Shown here piece after piece: positions 34,867 through 36,063 of a DNA stretch of 36,063 nt. The notes below the pieces were generated by a model. It searched no databases, was not told where the DNA came from, and was given only the letters and a program-made list of their open reading frames with translations. The translations under genes and the position numbers were made by a program. Location: IMG/VR virus record IMGVR_UViG_3300011335_000174, positions 1-36,063 of that record. One strand, given 5' to 3'. Position 1 is the first letter of the stretch. Every line of letters starts with the position of its first letter. This DNA comes from a virus (taxonomy: Duplodnaviria; Caudoviricetes).

Positions 34867-35228
34867 GGTTGCGCTGCCTTATAAGCCAAGACCAGCGCGT
34901 CGTAATTGTCGCCGATCTGAGCCTTGAGAACGTCCCTAATCCTGATAGACTTATTTTGCTCTGCCTTTTCCGTCCTGACCAACGAACGCAGACGGTCGCG
35001 ATACTGGTAGTCGCTGATTGCCTGAACATCGTCGTCCGACAACGAATGCGGCAGATCCTCGACTTTGACGCCCTTAAACGCTACCCAATCCTGCGGCCAG
35101 TCTTCCGATGGCAATGCCAGTAGCATAGCAGAATAGTTATCAATATTTACTTGATATCCGTGGATTTCCATCTCACGGTAGTAAGCGTTCATAACCGCTG
35201 AGGCTAGTTTTTCGTCGTTTGTGATCAT
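34863..35228 (-). CDS. Hypothetical protein
   Basis: 121 aa helical; ATGA-coupled. Confidence 0.65.
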   Translation of the reverse strand: MITNDEKLASAVMNAYYREMEIHGYQVNIDNYSAMLLALPSEDWPQDWVAFKGVKVEDLPHSLSDDDVQAISDYQYRDRLRSLVRTEKAEQNKSIRIRDVLKAQIGDNYDALVLAYKAAQP

Positions 35229-36063
35229 CTTGATTGATTGGAAAAGGACACGGCCAAAGCAAGGTTGGGAAGCGTTCCGGGGTCTGAATACTTAGTGCCA
35301 AATCCGCCAGACCAAGGGTAGACAGAAGTGTACGGAGTTGTTGTATTTCCCGCTGTCACAATACTATCAGCAGTGCTTGACCAATCCATTGATGTTGTCG
35401 CCGTCGTTGGCAACGTGGTTGGGTTGGAATACTTAGAACCAAACCCTGACGACCAATTCCAAACCGTGATGAAAGGCGACGTTGCAGAACCCGCGCCCAA
35501 CAACGTGCCGGTTGATGCAAATTTAAGCGAATCCGTTGTTCCTACCGGTAGCGATGATGGGTCAGCATATTTAGTCCCAAATCCAGCGCCAGTCACGGGA
35601 TACGTTGTGATAAAAGGCGACACCGAATGACCAATTGCCACATCGTTGCTGATTGGGTTAAACCCTACGTTTACACCGTTGGGGGGTCCAGTTCCCGATG
35701 TGGGCGCGCCGGTCGGAAGCGTGGCCGGGTTGCTGTACTTGGTTCCAAACCCGCTAGCCCACGGATACATTGAGATATACGGGCTACCAGCATGGGATAC
35801 GACAACCTGCGTACCGGCGGCATTGATACTGATACCAGCACCAAAACCGGCAACGTTTGCGCCGTTAGAATACTTGGTTCCAAACCCACCCGACCAGACC
35901 CAGGCTTGCGGTGCGCTGTTGGGCGACGCAATGTTAATGGTTAGAAACGCATCTGTTGCGGGCGTCCAAGTATGCCCCGCTGTACCCGCGCCGGTTGGTG
36001 ATAGTGCGCTAGTTGGGTTGGCATACTTGGTTCCAAAGCCAGACGATGACCAAGGCCAAACGT
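35225..36063 (-). CDS. Repeat protein, probable beta-propeller, 3' part (5' end outside window)
   Basis: Frame is open from 36061 to 35225 with six GFG(T/S)KY repeats about 45 aa apart. Confidence 0.7.
   Translation of the reverse strand, partial: VWPWSSSGFGTKYANPTSALSPTGAGTAGHTWTPATDAFLTINIASPNSAPQAWVWSGGFGTKYSNGANVAGFGAGISINAAGTQVVVSHAGSPYISMYPWASGFGTKYSNPATLPTGAPTSGTGPPNGVNVGFNPISNDVAIGHSVSPFITTYPVTGAGFGTKYADPSSLPVGTTDSLKFASTGTLLGAGSATSPFITVWNWSSGFGSKYSNPTTLPTTATTSMDWSSTADSIVTAGNTTTPYTSVYPWSGGFGTKYSDPGTLPNLALAVSFSNQSR

Noticed and set aside
1-36063. Stop-codon reassignment, tRNA genes or inteins
   Set aside because: Core genes are full length in the standard code, all three stops end genes, and I saw no cloverleaf or intein-sized insertions by eye.

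Overview
Most of a tailed dsDNA phage genome (podovirus-like: P22-type head/ejection module plus an APSE/BPP-1-type PolA replication module). The window begins inside the gp10-like tail-hub gene and ends inside a virion repeat-protein gene, so it is probably a linearised genome missing a few kb of tail genes. The minus strand carries terS, terL, portal, a Dps/ferritin-like gene, a ~7.6 kb fibre/lectin cassette, scaffold, capsid and adaptor genes, and separately the ejection proteins and a lysis cassette (GH108 endolysin, 3TM holin). The centre holds a ~720 bp non-coding control region (A-tracts, alternating purine-pyrimidine tracts, a long inverted repeat around an AT-rich core), a short early operon (radical-SAM-like protein, hydrophobic micropeptides), primase-helicase, PolA, putative SSB, Cas4-like nuclease, VRR-NUC, SNF2 helicase and many small ORFs. 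An HNH endonuclease is inserted antisense between scaffold and capsid. I saw no integrase, repressor, tRNA, CRISPR array or reverse transcriptase. All family calls come from reading motifs by eye; no searches were run.
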